64,000 bases of DNA. Source: an uncultured Verrucomicrobiae bacterium. GTDB lineage: Bacteria > Verrucomicrobiota > Verrucomicrobiia > Chthoniobacterales > Terrimicrobiaceae. Positions 27,227 to 35,951 of this stretch are shown here, one piece after another. A model generated the notes under the pieces. The model was given only the letters and a program-made list of their open reading frames with translations, was not told the DNA's origin and did no database searches. The number at the start of each line of letters is the position of its first letter. Position 1 is the first letter of the stretch. The stretch lies in the NCBI GenBank assembly GCA_963706955.1, contig CAVPOC010000003.1, forward strand, positions 416,001 to 480,000. Reading direction: 5' to 3'. A program made the translations under genes and the position numbers.

Positions 27227-28171
27227 CTAGGGCGACTTCGCCTGCTGATGTTCCGCAACCACCTCGTCAAGCACATATCGGGCCTTCGCCGCTTCCAAGG
27301 AACTGCTGCGTCTCTGTCCGGCAAGCGTAATCAAGGCTTTCCACAATGCCCAGCCACGACCTCGCGACCAAGTAGCTTTATCGAGCGAGAGCGCGGCCCG
27401 AAAGCCTTCGCGGCTTTCCCCCGAGAAGAGCGTCCACGCGATCGTTACGTCACAGGCAGGATCGCCCACCCCCGAAGACCCGAAATCGATGACAGCACTC
27501 AATCGGCCTCTCGTGACCAGCAAATTTCCTGCACTAACATCGCCATGCAGCCAGACGGGTCGGCCGCGCCATCTGGCCCCCAAGGCTTCATCCCACACTG
27601 AAGTCACGGTGTCTCGATCGATCGTCCCCGCCAGGTCTCTGATTGCTTGACGCGTCTGCTCGTCATAGATCTCCACCGACCCACCCCGATAGAAGTTATG
27701 CGATCCAGGCGCAGGTCCACCTGCCGGATCCATCCGTTGCAGAGCGAGAAGGAACTCTGCGAGCGTGATCGCAAATTGGCGCATGTCGGCGATGTGTTCG
27801 ATGGTCGCGTCCTGACCTTCGAGCCACCGATAGACTGACCAATGCCATGGATAGCCGTGGGCGGGAACTCCCATGGCGAGCGGAACAGGGATGGGCAGAG
27901 GCAAAAGCGGAGCGAGCCTGGGCAACCACCTTTGTTCCTTCTCTACTTGTGCCGAATAACGGGCGGCGCTGGGTAAACGGACGGTCATGCCCTCGCCGAG
28001 ATGAAAGGTCTTGTTGTCCCATCCGCTCAAGGCAACCGGTTTGATAGGCAGATACCCCCACTGGGGAAATTGGCTCGCGACCAATGTGCGCACAAGAGAA
28101 GCATCGATGTCTACGCGCGCGGTAGACGTCTCTCCCGACCCTAGTTTCGTCGGCTGGTCAGACCATTTCAT
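27227..28171 (-). CDS. APH/choline-kinase-like phosphotransferase
   Basis: GWDN, VRLP, HGDVSAGN and VIDFG...GDPACD motifs. Confidence 0.9.
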   Translation of the reverse strand: MKWSDQPTKLGSGETSTARVDIDASLVRTLVASQFPQWGYLPIKPVALSGWDNKTFHLGEGMTVRLPSAARYSAQVEKEQRWLPRLAPLLPLPIPVPLAMGVPAHGYPWHWSVYRWLEGQDATIEHIADMRQFAITLAEFLLALQRMDPAGGPAPGSHNFYRGGSVEIYDEQTRQAIRDLAGTIDRDTVTSVWDEALGARWRGRPVWLHGDVSAGNLLVTRGRLSAVIDFGSSGVGDPACDVTIAWTLFSGESREGFRAALSLDKATWSRGRGWALWKALITLAGQRRSSSLEAAKARYVLDEVVAEHQQAKSP

Positions 28172-28301
28172 CTATTGAAGACGATAACTAATAAAAAGCG
28201 GAGACAAGAAATGCCTGTGAAATATTGGGCAATAAGACCAACTTCCCGGTATCGGGGACGGTTCCCTAGATAGCGTAACAACTCGTAATGACTATCACCT
28301 T

Positions 28302-28460
28302 ATGAATGATGACAAAAAGCCGTGGTATCAACTGAGGGACAGCGAGACCAAGTGGTACCACCATCTGATGCACGGCCGAGTCCTGATCATGCTCGTCTTG
28401 ATGGCGATTGTTGCCCTTCTGGCTATCGGAATCGGTATCTGGGCGCTCTTGGGCACATGA
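28302..28460 (+). CDS. Putative 52-aa single-pass membrane protein (not in the ORF track)
   Basis: Manual translation MNDDKKPWYQLRDSETKWYHHLMHGRVLIMLVLMAIVALLAIGIGIWALLGT*. Confidence 0.5.
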   Translation: MNDDKKPWYQLRDSETKWYHHLMHGRVLIMLVLMAIVALLAIGIGIWALLGT

Positions 28461-28576
28461 ATGCTTAGTTTGCGGGCTGCAGGCTACTTTCGAAATTCTA
28501 GAGGTCTTGATAACCTCCCTCAAGTGCCGCGTCGCTTTGTCGTGACCATGCCACACTTCCAGACCGCTACGTCAGT

Positions 28577-28607
28577 GTTGTAGCGACGATGTCCCCATCG
28601 TCGAGGG
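28577..28607. repeat. GTAG-type REP (family 1)
   Basis: GTTGTAGCGACGATGTCCCCATCGTCGAGGG, 31/31 identical to 24132-24162. Confidence 0.85.
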
Positions 28608-28676
28608 TGGTCCAGTAGCGGCACGTGGCCAAACGCTCATGACGACGGCGGTTTTGCTATCGTCCTGCCCACACGG

Positions 28677-28925
28677 CTAGTGGCCGGCCTCAAGGTCGCT
28701 CCAGCCTCCCCAAGGCCGAGTCCAGCCATGAGTCTTCCAGCGATAGACGAAATGGATCGTAATGCTGAGAAGAGGCAGGCCGACTATCCAATACCGAAAA
28801 AATCTAGTTCGGAACACCAAGACTGTGCTTGCCACGAACACGACCCACTTGATCACGCGGAAGAGAGGCGATTGGGCCTGCTTCGAGAAGGCCACCCGCA
28901 GCTCTCGTTTGATTACCTTCTGCAC
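28677..28925 (-). CDS. Small Trp-rich membrane protein
   Basis: Two hydrophobic segments; C-terminal YRWKTHGWTRPWGGW; GTG at 28925. Confidence 0.6.
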   Translation of the reverse strand: MQKVIKRELRVAFSKQAQSPLFRVIKWVVFVASTVLVFRTRFFRYWIVGLPLLSITIHFVYRWKTHGWTRPWGGWSDLEAGH

Positions 28926-29336
28926 TTCCCGACCGGTGTTTCTCAAACGATGAATAGGAATGCTTATTGATCGCGCAGACAAGGGACTAGCCATATAACG
29001 CTACCTCCTTCACGCGGACGAGAAGCAATTGGGAAACATATGTCGATGCCGGGGCGGCGAGCTGACGCTGCGCGCAATAGTGGGGGAGCCCTTGACCAGC
29101 TTGCTCGCGACCGCTTCGGGGTCGCGCGAGAGCTCCCGTTCGGCGGCCACATTAGTCCTTGCGCGCTCCAAAAGCGCCGGAAAGTTCTGCAACGGAGGAA
29201 GCGGTCCGCCCGCAGCCACTCACGCTGGGACAGTTATGCCTGCTCTTTCGCCTTAATGGCGTGTGCAGAACTCGAGACGGTGTTGCCAAAAGGCTTTTGC
29301 ATTGGCGAACTAATCCCCCGAAACTGACCTCAAGCC

Positions 29337-30608
29337 ATGCGCATTCCACTTGCCTTCGGCCGAGGCTTCCACGAGATCGAGTGCCCCGACCACCACACCA
29401 CTGTCATTGAACCGCGAGAAGGCCGTCCCCTCGCCAACGAGAAAGCTGCCTTTCTTCAATCACTTGAGTGCCCGATCGCGAGCTTACCCTTGCGTAAATA
29501 TCTCCGGCCTAGCGATCGCGTGATGATCTCTTTCACGGATAATACCCGTGCCACTCCGAATGAACGCATCATCCCCTGGCTTCTCGAAGCGCTTGGTGAT
29601 CACCCCCGTGACCAGATTGTCCTCATCAACCAGCTCGGCACGCATCGCCCAAACACTCGCGCTGAGCTCGAGGAGATGCTCACCCGAGAGGTCGTCGCCA
29701 ACTACGAAGTCATCAACCACGATTGCGAGAACGACGGCGAACTCGTAGTCGTCGGGGAGATGAACGACGGCACCCCCGCGACTGTCCATCGTCGCGTCGT
29801 AGAGGCCGATCTCCGCATTGTCACGGGCTTCATCGAGCCTCACTTCTTCGCCGGTTTTAGCGGAGGACCGAAGGGCATAATTCCAGGATGCGCGGGACTG
29901 AAGACCATTCAGGCGAGCCACAACGTCCGCAACATCGGTCATCCCCAGGCGAGCTTTGGCATTACCGACGGCAACCCGTTGTGGGAGGAACTTCTCCGAG
30001 TGGCGCTCTCAATTGGGCCATCCTTTCTCATAAACGTCTCCCTCACTCATGATCGCCGGATCACCGGCGTTTACGCAGGTGATCTGCGCGAGGCGCATCA
30101 GCAAGGCTGCCGCGACGTTAAGGCCAAGGCGATGACGCCGACCCCGGAGCCGTTCGACGTGGTTGTCACGACAAATAGCGGCCATCCACTCGATCGCAAC
30201 CTCTACCAGGGCGTGAAAGGCATGAGTGCCGCCGCCCGCATCGTCAAAGAGAGAGGCACGATTATCCTCGTCTGCGAATGTGGCGATGGCGTGCCCGATG
30301 GCAGTCCCTTCGATCTCCTCCTGCGCGAGTCCTCCTCCCCTTCCGATATTCTCCTGAAACTTGTCACACCTGGCTTTCGTCGTCCCGAGCAATGGCAAGC
30401 CCAGATTCAGGCTCTCGTCCAGAGCCGTGCCGAAGTTCTCGTCCATTCCCGTCTGCCTGACGATGTGCTCCGTGCCGTTCACCTCACTCCATGCCCGGAC
30501 ATCTCACAAGCCATCGCCGATCGCCTCGATCCCGGCAGTCGCCTCGCGGTCATGCCGCAAGGACCGCTCACCATTCCCTACCTTGACGGTCACCTGGCAT
30601 CGCATTAG
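29337..30608 (+). CDS. larA: Nickel-pincer-dependent lactate racemase family protein
   Basis: DNTRATP, GTHR, NHD, IEPHFFAGFSGGPK and YQGVKG motifs. Confidence 0.9.
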   Translation: MRIPLAFGRGFHEIECPDHHTTVIEPREGRPLANEKAAFLQSLECPIASLPLRKYLRPSDRVMISFTDNTRATPNERIIPWLLEALGDHPRDQIVLINQLGTHRPNTRAELEEMLTREVVANYEVINHDCENDGELVVVGEMNDGTPATVHRRVVEADLRIVTGFIEPHFFAGFSGGPKGIIPGCAGLKTIQASHNVRNIGHPQASFGITDGNPLWEELLRVALSIGPSFLINVSLTHDRRITGVYAGDLREAHQQGCRDVKAKAMTPTPEPFDVVVTTNSGHPLDRNLYQGVKGMSAAARIVKERGTIILVCECGDGVPDGSPFDLLLRESSSPSDILLKLVTPGFRRPEQWQAQIQALVQSRAEVLVHSRLPDDVLRAVHLTPCPDISQAIADRLDPGSRLAVMPQGPLTIPYLDGHLASH

Positions 30609-30788
30609 GCAAGGTCGAAGGCTTCAGCATTCTTAAGATCGCCTTTTCGCTATTATTTCTTTCGGGAAACGAACTCGCGAACTTTGAGGTGCTCGTGGGC
30701 GCTTGACATGCGCCCCCTCCAACTCGTCTATCGGCTATATAATTTTCCCTACTGTCGAGATCGGTTCACTGCCCTAGGAGCCGGGCTT

Positions 30789-31676
30789 TTACTCCGCGTG
30801 CACTCGGCCAAGAAAATCGCGCACGTAAGCGACCACCTCAGCGAGGTGTGTTTCCAGCAACCAATGGCCGCCGCCGAGAAGATGGAGTTCCGCGTCTGGC
30901 AGGTCGCGCAGATACGCACGGGCGGCGCTCTCCGGCATATAGCCGTCCTGCGGTCCCCAAACAATCAGCGTGGGTGGGCGATGATCGCGTAGGTAACCCT
31001 GGTATCGTGGGAACCAGGTCAGATTCTCCTTGAGACGCGCTATTACATCGACGGCGATCTGGCGGCGCTCCGGCGTCATGAGCGACCAATGGAGCTTCCA
31101 GAGGTCGGGTGGAATGCGTTCGGCGAGCTCGGATCCGACGTCGTTAAGGAACTCATCCATGAAGCCGTTCTCGCTGACTGCCTCAGCCAACTTGTCCTTG
31201 GCTGCTCGGGTCGGGTTACGAAAGTACGCTTGGAGCGGAGCGTACTTTGGGCCCAGTTCGTCTTCGTAAATGTCGCCATTTTGGATGATCAACGCCGCAA
31301 TGCGCTCCGGCCGCTTGATCGCAAGTCGTAAGCCGATCTGCGAGCCAAAGTCGTGGAGATAGAGCGCGAACCGCTCAACATTTAGCCGGATTGTCAACCG
31401 ATCGAGAAAGTCGGCGTAGCCGTCGAAATCGTAGGAAAAGTTCTTCGGCGTGTCACTGTAGCCGCATCCCGGAAAGTCCGGCGCGATAAGACGCCAGCGG
31501 TGGGCAAGCATCGGCATGAAGTTCCGGAACTCGTAGGACGAACAAGGATACCCATGGGGCAAGAAAACCGCCGGCGCAGTGGATTCGCCCGCCTCGCGGA
31601 CAAAGACGCGCATCCCGTCCAAATCAACAAAACGGTGCCGCACGCCGTTGAAGTAACTTGGTGTTCGCTGATTCAT
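30789..31676 (-). CDS. Alpha/beta hydrolase (epoxide hydrolase/dehalogenase-like)
   Basis: HGYP, PDFPGCGYS, nucleophile HDFG, GGHWLLE. Confidence 0.9.
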   Translation of the reverse strand: MNQRTPSYFNGVRHRFVDLDGMRVFVREAGESTAPAVFLPHGYPCSSYEFRNFMPMLAHRWRLIAPDFPGCGYSDTPKNFSYDFDGYADFLDRLTIRLNVERFALYLHDFGSQIGLRLAIKRPERIAALIIQNGDIYEDELGPKYAPLQAYFRNPTRAAKDKLAEAVSENGFMDEFLNDVGSELAERIPPDLWKLHWSLMTPERRQIAVDVIARLKENLTWFPRYQGYLRDHRPPTLIVWGPQDGYMPESAARAYLRDLPDAELHLLGGGHWLLETHLAEVVAYVRDFLGRVHAE

Positions 31677-31880
31677 CTTGGTCGGTTTCTGGTCAGGGCG
31701 TTTCGACTTAGATCCTACAATAGGACATGGGAGTGCCTTGCGAGCGGTCAGGGAATCGTCTTAGATCCACAGATTGCGCAGACTTTCACCGATGCATAGA
31801 TTCATCCGTGCCAAACTGAGTTCATCTGTGGACCCATGTTCGTGTTTCAAGCACCATCTTTAGACTACATTAGCTAATCG

Positions 31881-32828
31881 ATGAATCTCGATCAAACACG
31901 GCCCATGCTACAAAAGGTGCCTGGCTGGCTCAGCGCTATTGTCGTCAGCGGCATCTTCACGGGACTAGTCCTCTTGGAATGGCGGCGGCCCTTACGAAAG
32001 AAGACAAGCGAGCCGAAGCTACGGCGTAACATTCGCAACATGGCCGTCGCAGGCACCAGCGCCGTGGCGGTGATTCTTACCAGCGCGCCGGTCACGACCC
32101 CGTTAGCCAAATGGGTGCACCGCAGAAATTGCGGATTGGTCAAATGGTTGCGCCTGCCGTGCTGGCTCGAGGTGCCACTTGCTCTGATCCTGCTTGATTA
32201 CTCACTTTACCTCTGGCACGTCGCATTCCACAAAATCCCGTTCTTATGGAGGTTCCATCAGGTGCATCATGTGGACCTCGATATGGATGCCTCTACGGCA
32301 ATCCGGTTCCACTTCGGGGAAATGGCCATATCCACGGGACTGCAAACCTTTCAGATATTGACTATCGGCGTTTCGCCGCTCACGTTCTCGATTTGGAATA
32401 CCTGGCTGATCTCGGAGGTGATCTTCCACCATTCAAATGTGGAGCTGCCATTCGCGTTGGAGCGATGGCTGTGCAAAATCATCGTGACCCCGCGGGTGCA
32501 CGGGATCCATCACAGCCTTGTTCCCGAGGAATTGAACTCGAATTGGTCGAGCGGGCTGACACTTTGGGACCGCCTGCATGGGACCCTGCGGCTCGGCGTT
32601 CCGCAGAACCATCTTACCCTCGGTTTGGCCGCTTATCCTGACCCTAGCGAAGTGACTTATCCCAAGCTCCTGGAAATGCCCTTCGACAAGCAGCGTTATC
32701 CACCTTGGGTGCGCCCGGATAGCACGGTCCCCCATCGCGATAAGGAATGGATTCCCACGCCAACAGCCATTGTTCCGGAGCCGGTCGTGGATCTGCCTTC
32801 CGATTCCCCGGCAACCCGGCGCTTCTAA
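31881..32828 (+). CDS. Sterol desaturase / fatty acid hydroxylase family membrane enzyme
   Basis: His boxes HVAFH, HQVHH, FHHSN and HGIHH; WDRLHGT. Confidence 0.9.
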   Translation: MNLDQTRPMLQKVPGWLSAIVVSGIFTGLVLLEWRRPLRKKTSEPKLRRNIRNMAVAGTSAVAVILTSAPVTTPLAKWVHRRNCGLVKWLRLPCWLEVPLALILLDYSLYLWHVAFHKIPFLWRFHQVHHVDLDMDASTAIRFHFGEMAISTGLQTFQILTIGVSPLTFSIWNTWLISEVIFHHSNVELPFALERWLCKIIVTPRVHGIHHSLVPEELNSNWSSGLTLWDRLHGTLRLGVPQNHLTLGLAAYPDPSEVTYPKLLEMPFDKQRYPPWVRPDSTVPHRDKEWIPTPTAIVPEPVVDLPSDSPATRRF

Positions 32829-32997
32829 GCCTCACATCGTTTGCGCCAATCACTGGCGCGGGTCACCTCCCCTAGGGGTTAGGTTACGCAGTTGACGATG
32901 AATGCTCGATCGTGTGACTATCGTGCCGAACCCTCAAGATTACCAAGACGTTTTCGCGCTGCCGCGAAAAGCCGAGAACCGCTATTTCGTCCCTCCA

Positions 32998-33720
32998 ATG
33001 AGCCTAAATGGGAAAGTGTCAATTGTCACTGGCGCGAGTTCCGGCATCGGCCGCGCCACCGCCTTCGCTCTGGCAAACCAAGGCGTTAAGCAAGTCGTCA
33101 CCGCGCGATCGGCCGAGAAACTGGAGAAGTTGGCGAAGGAACTCCCGGGTGAATCGTTGGTTGTCCAGGCGGACATGACGAATCCCAAAGACATGGCCCC
33201 ACTGGTGCAACGTGCGGTCGAGCACTTTGGACGCTTGGATATCCTCATCGCCAACGCTGGGATTTACGTCGCCGGTGACGTTATTGCCGGCGATCCCGAT
33301 GCCTGGGATCGATTAATGCAAACGAATGTTTCAGGCCTATTTCGACTGGTGCATGCCGCCCTGCCACATTTGATCGAAAGCGGATCGGGAGACGTCGTGG
33401 TGACCAGTTCTATTTCCGGGCACCAAGCCATTCATTGGGAACCCGTTTACAGTGCCTCTAAACACGCCGTGCAAGCTTTCGTCCACGGACTCCGCCGCCA
33501 ACTTCTGCAGAGCGGCGTCCGGGTTGGGGCCGTGGCTCCGGGAATCGTGCTCAATGAACTTTGGGGGATCGCCGATCCGGCGGAAGCCGAACGTCGCGCG
33601 AATGCCGGCGAGGGCCTTCGCTCTGAAGACGTCGCCGAGGTCATCGTTTTCATGTTGACACGACCTCGAAATGTCACGATCCGCGACCTCGTCATGCTGC
33701 CGCGCACGCAGGACCTGTAA
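32998..33720 (+). CDS. SDR oxidoreductase, ribitol 2-dehydrogenase-like
   Basis: TGASSGIG, NAG, GDPDAWD, WEPVYSASK, VQAFVH and NVTIRDLV...DL, resembling RbtD as recalled; ATG at 32998. Confidence 0.85.
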   Translation: MSLNGKVSIVTGASSGIGRATAFALANQGVKQVVTARSAEKLEKLAKELPGESLVVQADMTNPKDMAPLVQRAVEHFGRLDILIANAGIYVAGDVIAGDPDAWDRLMQTNVSGLFRLVHAALPHLIESGSGDVVVTSSISGHQAIHWEPVYSASKHAVQAFVHGLRRQLLQSGVRVGAVAPGIVLNELWGIADPAEAERRANAGEGLRSEDVAEVIVFMLTRPRNVTIRDLVMLPRTQDL

Positions 33721-33792
33721 CCCGGCGGACCGCTTGTCGGAGCGAGCCTCCGACTCATCTTTCTCAACGCTGAGAGACCTCGGAGAGGCTCC

Positions 33793-33821
33793 TTGACACC
33801 GCACCGCGCTTTCACTATCAG
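33793..33821 (+). promoter_or_regulatory. Candidate sigma70 promoter for the ABC operon
   Basis: TTGACA-N17-TATCAG, about 105 nt upstream of the permease ATG. Confidence 0.4.
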
Positions 33822-33927
33822 GGGCCGCAACGGGCGTGTATTAGCACCGCCCATCTCCACAGAAGACCCCGACGATGCTCGAGCCGAACCATGATGCGCT
33901 GGCCCATCTTGAAGTCGCACTCCTAAA

Positions 33928-34923
33928 ATGAACCAGACCGTTGCCGAAGACGCGCCGAAGACGCATCATTCTTTGCTCGCCCGGTTGCTAGCGGTCAGGG
34001 AGTTTGGAACTCTTGCCGCGTTGATCATCATGATTGTGATCATTGCGGCATTCATTCCGCAGTTTCGTCAGATCGAAAACCTGATTAACGTGACTCGGAA
34101 CTTTTCCTTTGTGGGGATCGTGGCCATGGGGATGACTTTAGTCATCTTGACCGGAGGCATCGACCTCTCGGTTGGCTCGGTCTGGGCGATGACCGCTGTT
34201 TTGGCGGCCTCATTGATGTCGAGCGGTTGGCCGATGGTCGCAGCACTTGCGGTGGCGCTTTTGGGAGCTGCGGCGGTGGGTCTTTTCAACGGGCTGTGCA
34301 TCACCCGGTTGAATATGTCGCCGTTCGTGCCGACACTCGCTTCGCTGGCCATCGCGCGCAGCCTCGCGCTGGTCATCACACGCGGGAGGCCGATTTCAAG
34401 TTTCGGACCGCAGCAGGATGCCTTTCTCTGGATCGGCGGGGGATCAGTCCTCGGAGTGCCCAATCCCGTGATCATCTTCGTCGTTGTCGCGGCAATTGTG
34501 TGGATTGTTCTGTCTCGGACGGTCTGGGGGCGTCGTGTTTATGCGGTCGGGGGCAACGAAAAAGCCGCCCGGTTGACCGGCTTAAACGTGAGCCGATTGA
34601 AGATTACCGTTTACGTTATCTCCTCGCTCTTAGCGGGATTGGCTGGAATCGTCCAAGCCAGTTACCTGTCCAGCGTCACGGCCAGCTTGGCCACCGGTCA
34701 GGAGCTGAGCGTGATCGCCGCAACGGTCATCGGAGGAGTCAACCTTGCCGGCGGTGAAGGAACCGTTTTCGGAGTGATTATCGGAACTGTCATGCTCGAG
34801 ATCTTACGGAATGGACTCCTCCTCTTTGGAATTGATCCCTACTGGCAGGGGGTGTTTGTCGGAGCGATCATCATTCTTGCCGTTTCGATTGACCGCTTTC
34901 GCCAGGCGAGCACAAAGGACTAG
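33928..34923 (+). CDS. Monosaccharide ABC transporter permease (RbsC-like)
   Basis: GGIDLSVGS, GRRVYAVGGNEKAARLTG and ELSVIAATVIGG motifs. Confidence 0.93.
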   Translation: MNQTVAEDAPKTHHSLLARLLAVREFGTLAALIIMIVIIAAFIPQFRQIENLINVTRNFSFVGIVAMGMTLVILTGGIDLSVGSVWAMTAVLAASLMSSGWPMVAALAVALLGAAAVGLFNGLCITRLNMSPFVPTLASLAIARSLALVITRGRPISSFGPQQDAFLWIGGGSVLGVPNPVIIFVVVAAIVWIVLSRTVWGRRVYAVGGNEKAARLTGLNVSRLKITVYVISSLLAGLAGIVQASYLSSVTASLATGQELSVIAATVIGGVNLAGGEGTVFGVIIGTVMLEILRNGLLLFGIDPYWQGVFVGAIIILAVSIDRFRQASTKD

Positions 34924-34974
34924 GCCGGCTCCGATTTCGTTTCGAATAACAACAAGCATAATACCAACCACCCC

Positions 34975-35913
34975 ATGAAACCAAAAACATATTTATTAGC
35001 GCTGACCAGTTTGGCCGCTTTGCTTACCTCAGGCTACGCTGCCGATAAGCCCAAGACCTTCGCCTTGGTTCCTAAATCAATTAGTGTTCCCTTCTATGCT
35101 GACGTAGAGAAGGGATGCAAGGAAGAGGCCGAGAAGCTCGGCGTGAAGCTCGTCTACACCGGCCCGAACACTCCTGATGAGGCTGAGCAAGTGCAAATCC
35201 TTAGAGACGTGGTCGCCCGTGGAGTCAACGGCTTGGCCATCGCTCCGATGAACGCCGACTCGGTAGTTGGCGTCATTGCCGATGCCCGCAAGAAGGGGAT
35301 TCCGGTGATCACGTTTGATTCCGATTCACCAAAGTCTGAGCGCATGTGCTACGTCGGCACCGACAACTACGAGGCTGGAAAGGAAGCAGGCAAGGCCTTC
35401 AAGCAACGTTTGGCAAAGGGGAAGTATGCCGTGATAACCGGTGGACTGGCGGCGCAAAACCTCAACGACCGGATTAAAGGGTTCAAGGAAGTCGTCACCG
35501 GAGGCGATTACACCGAGGTTTCCGGTTCTCCGTTTCCGTGCGACGACGACGCCGCCCGGGGAGTTCAGATCATTCAAGATATCCTGACGCGCTATCCGGA
35601 TCTGGATGGAATTTTCCTCTCGGGAGGATGGCCTTTGTTTGGAGCGCCGGAAGCCTATATGAAAGCGATTGGAAAACGGGCTGCCGACATCAAGACAAAT
35701 AAGTTTGTCGTGGTCAGCTTCGACACTTTGCCTGAAGAGCTCAAACTCCTTAAGAATGGTTACTGCAGCGCCCTGATCGGGCAGCGGCCCTACGCCATGG
35801 GTGCAAAGAGCATGGAGGTGCTTAATGAGCTCAGTGAGGGCAAGAAGGTCGAAAATATTAACACGGGGGTCGATGTCGTTGATTCAAGCAACGTCGATCA
35901 ATTTATCAAATAG
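34975..35913 (+). CDS. Monosaccharide ABC transporter substrate-binding protein
   Basis: Signal peptide; GIPVITFDSD, YVGTDNYEAG and QRPYAMG motifs. Confidence 0.93.
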   Translation: MKPKTYLLALTSLAALLTSGYAADKPKTFALVPKSISVPFYADVEKGCKEEAEKLGVKLVYTGPNTPDEAEQVQILRDVVARGVNGLAIAPMNADSVVGVIADARKKGIPVITFDSDSPKSERMCYVGTDNYEAGKEAGKAFKQRLAKGKYAVITGGLAAQNLNDRIKGFKEVVTGGDYTEVSGSPFPCDDDAARGVQIIQDILTRYPDLDGIFLSGGWPLFGAPEAYMKAIGKRAADIKTNKFVVVSFDTLPEELKLLKNGYCSALIGQRPYAMGAKSMEVLNELSEGKKVENINTGVDVVDSSNVDQFIK

Positions 35914-35951
35914 CGGAACGCCGCGGGGCCAAGCGCGCGCCTGAATGATCG

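Noticed and set aside
27227..28171. Aminoglycoside resistance gene
   Set aside because: Only the general APH/kinase fold motifs are visible; substrate cannot be assigned
24132..28607. CRISPR array or integron cassette array
   Set aside because: Repeats are kilobases apart and irregular; no cas or integrase gene; no convincing RYYYAAC...GTTRRRY attC sites
29010..29219. Possible gene fragment (ALLERARTNVAAERELSRDPEAVASKLV) upstream of larA
   Set aside because: Vague resemblance to an SDR C-terminus only; no diagnostic motif
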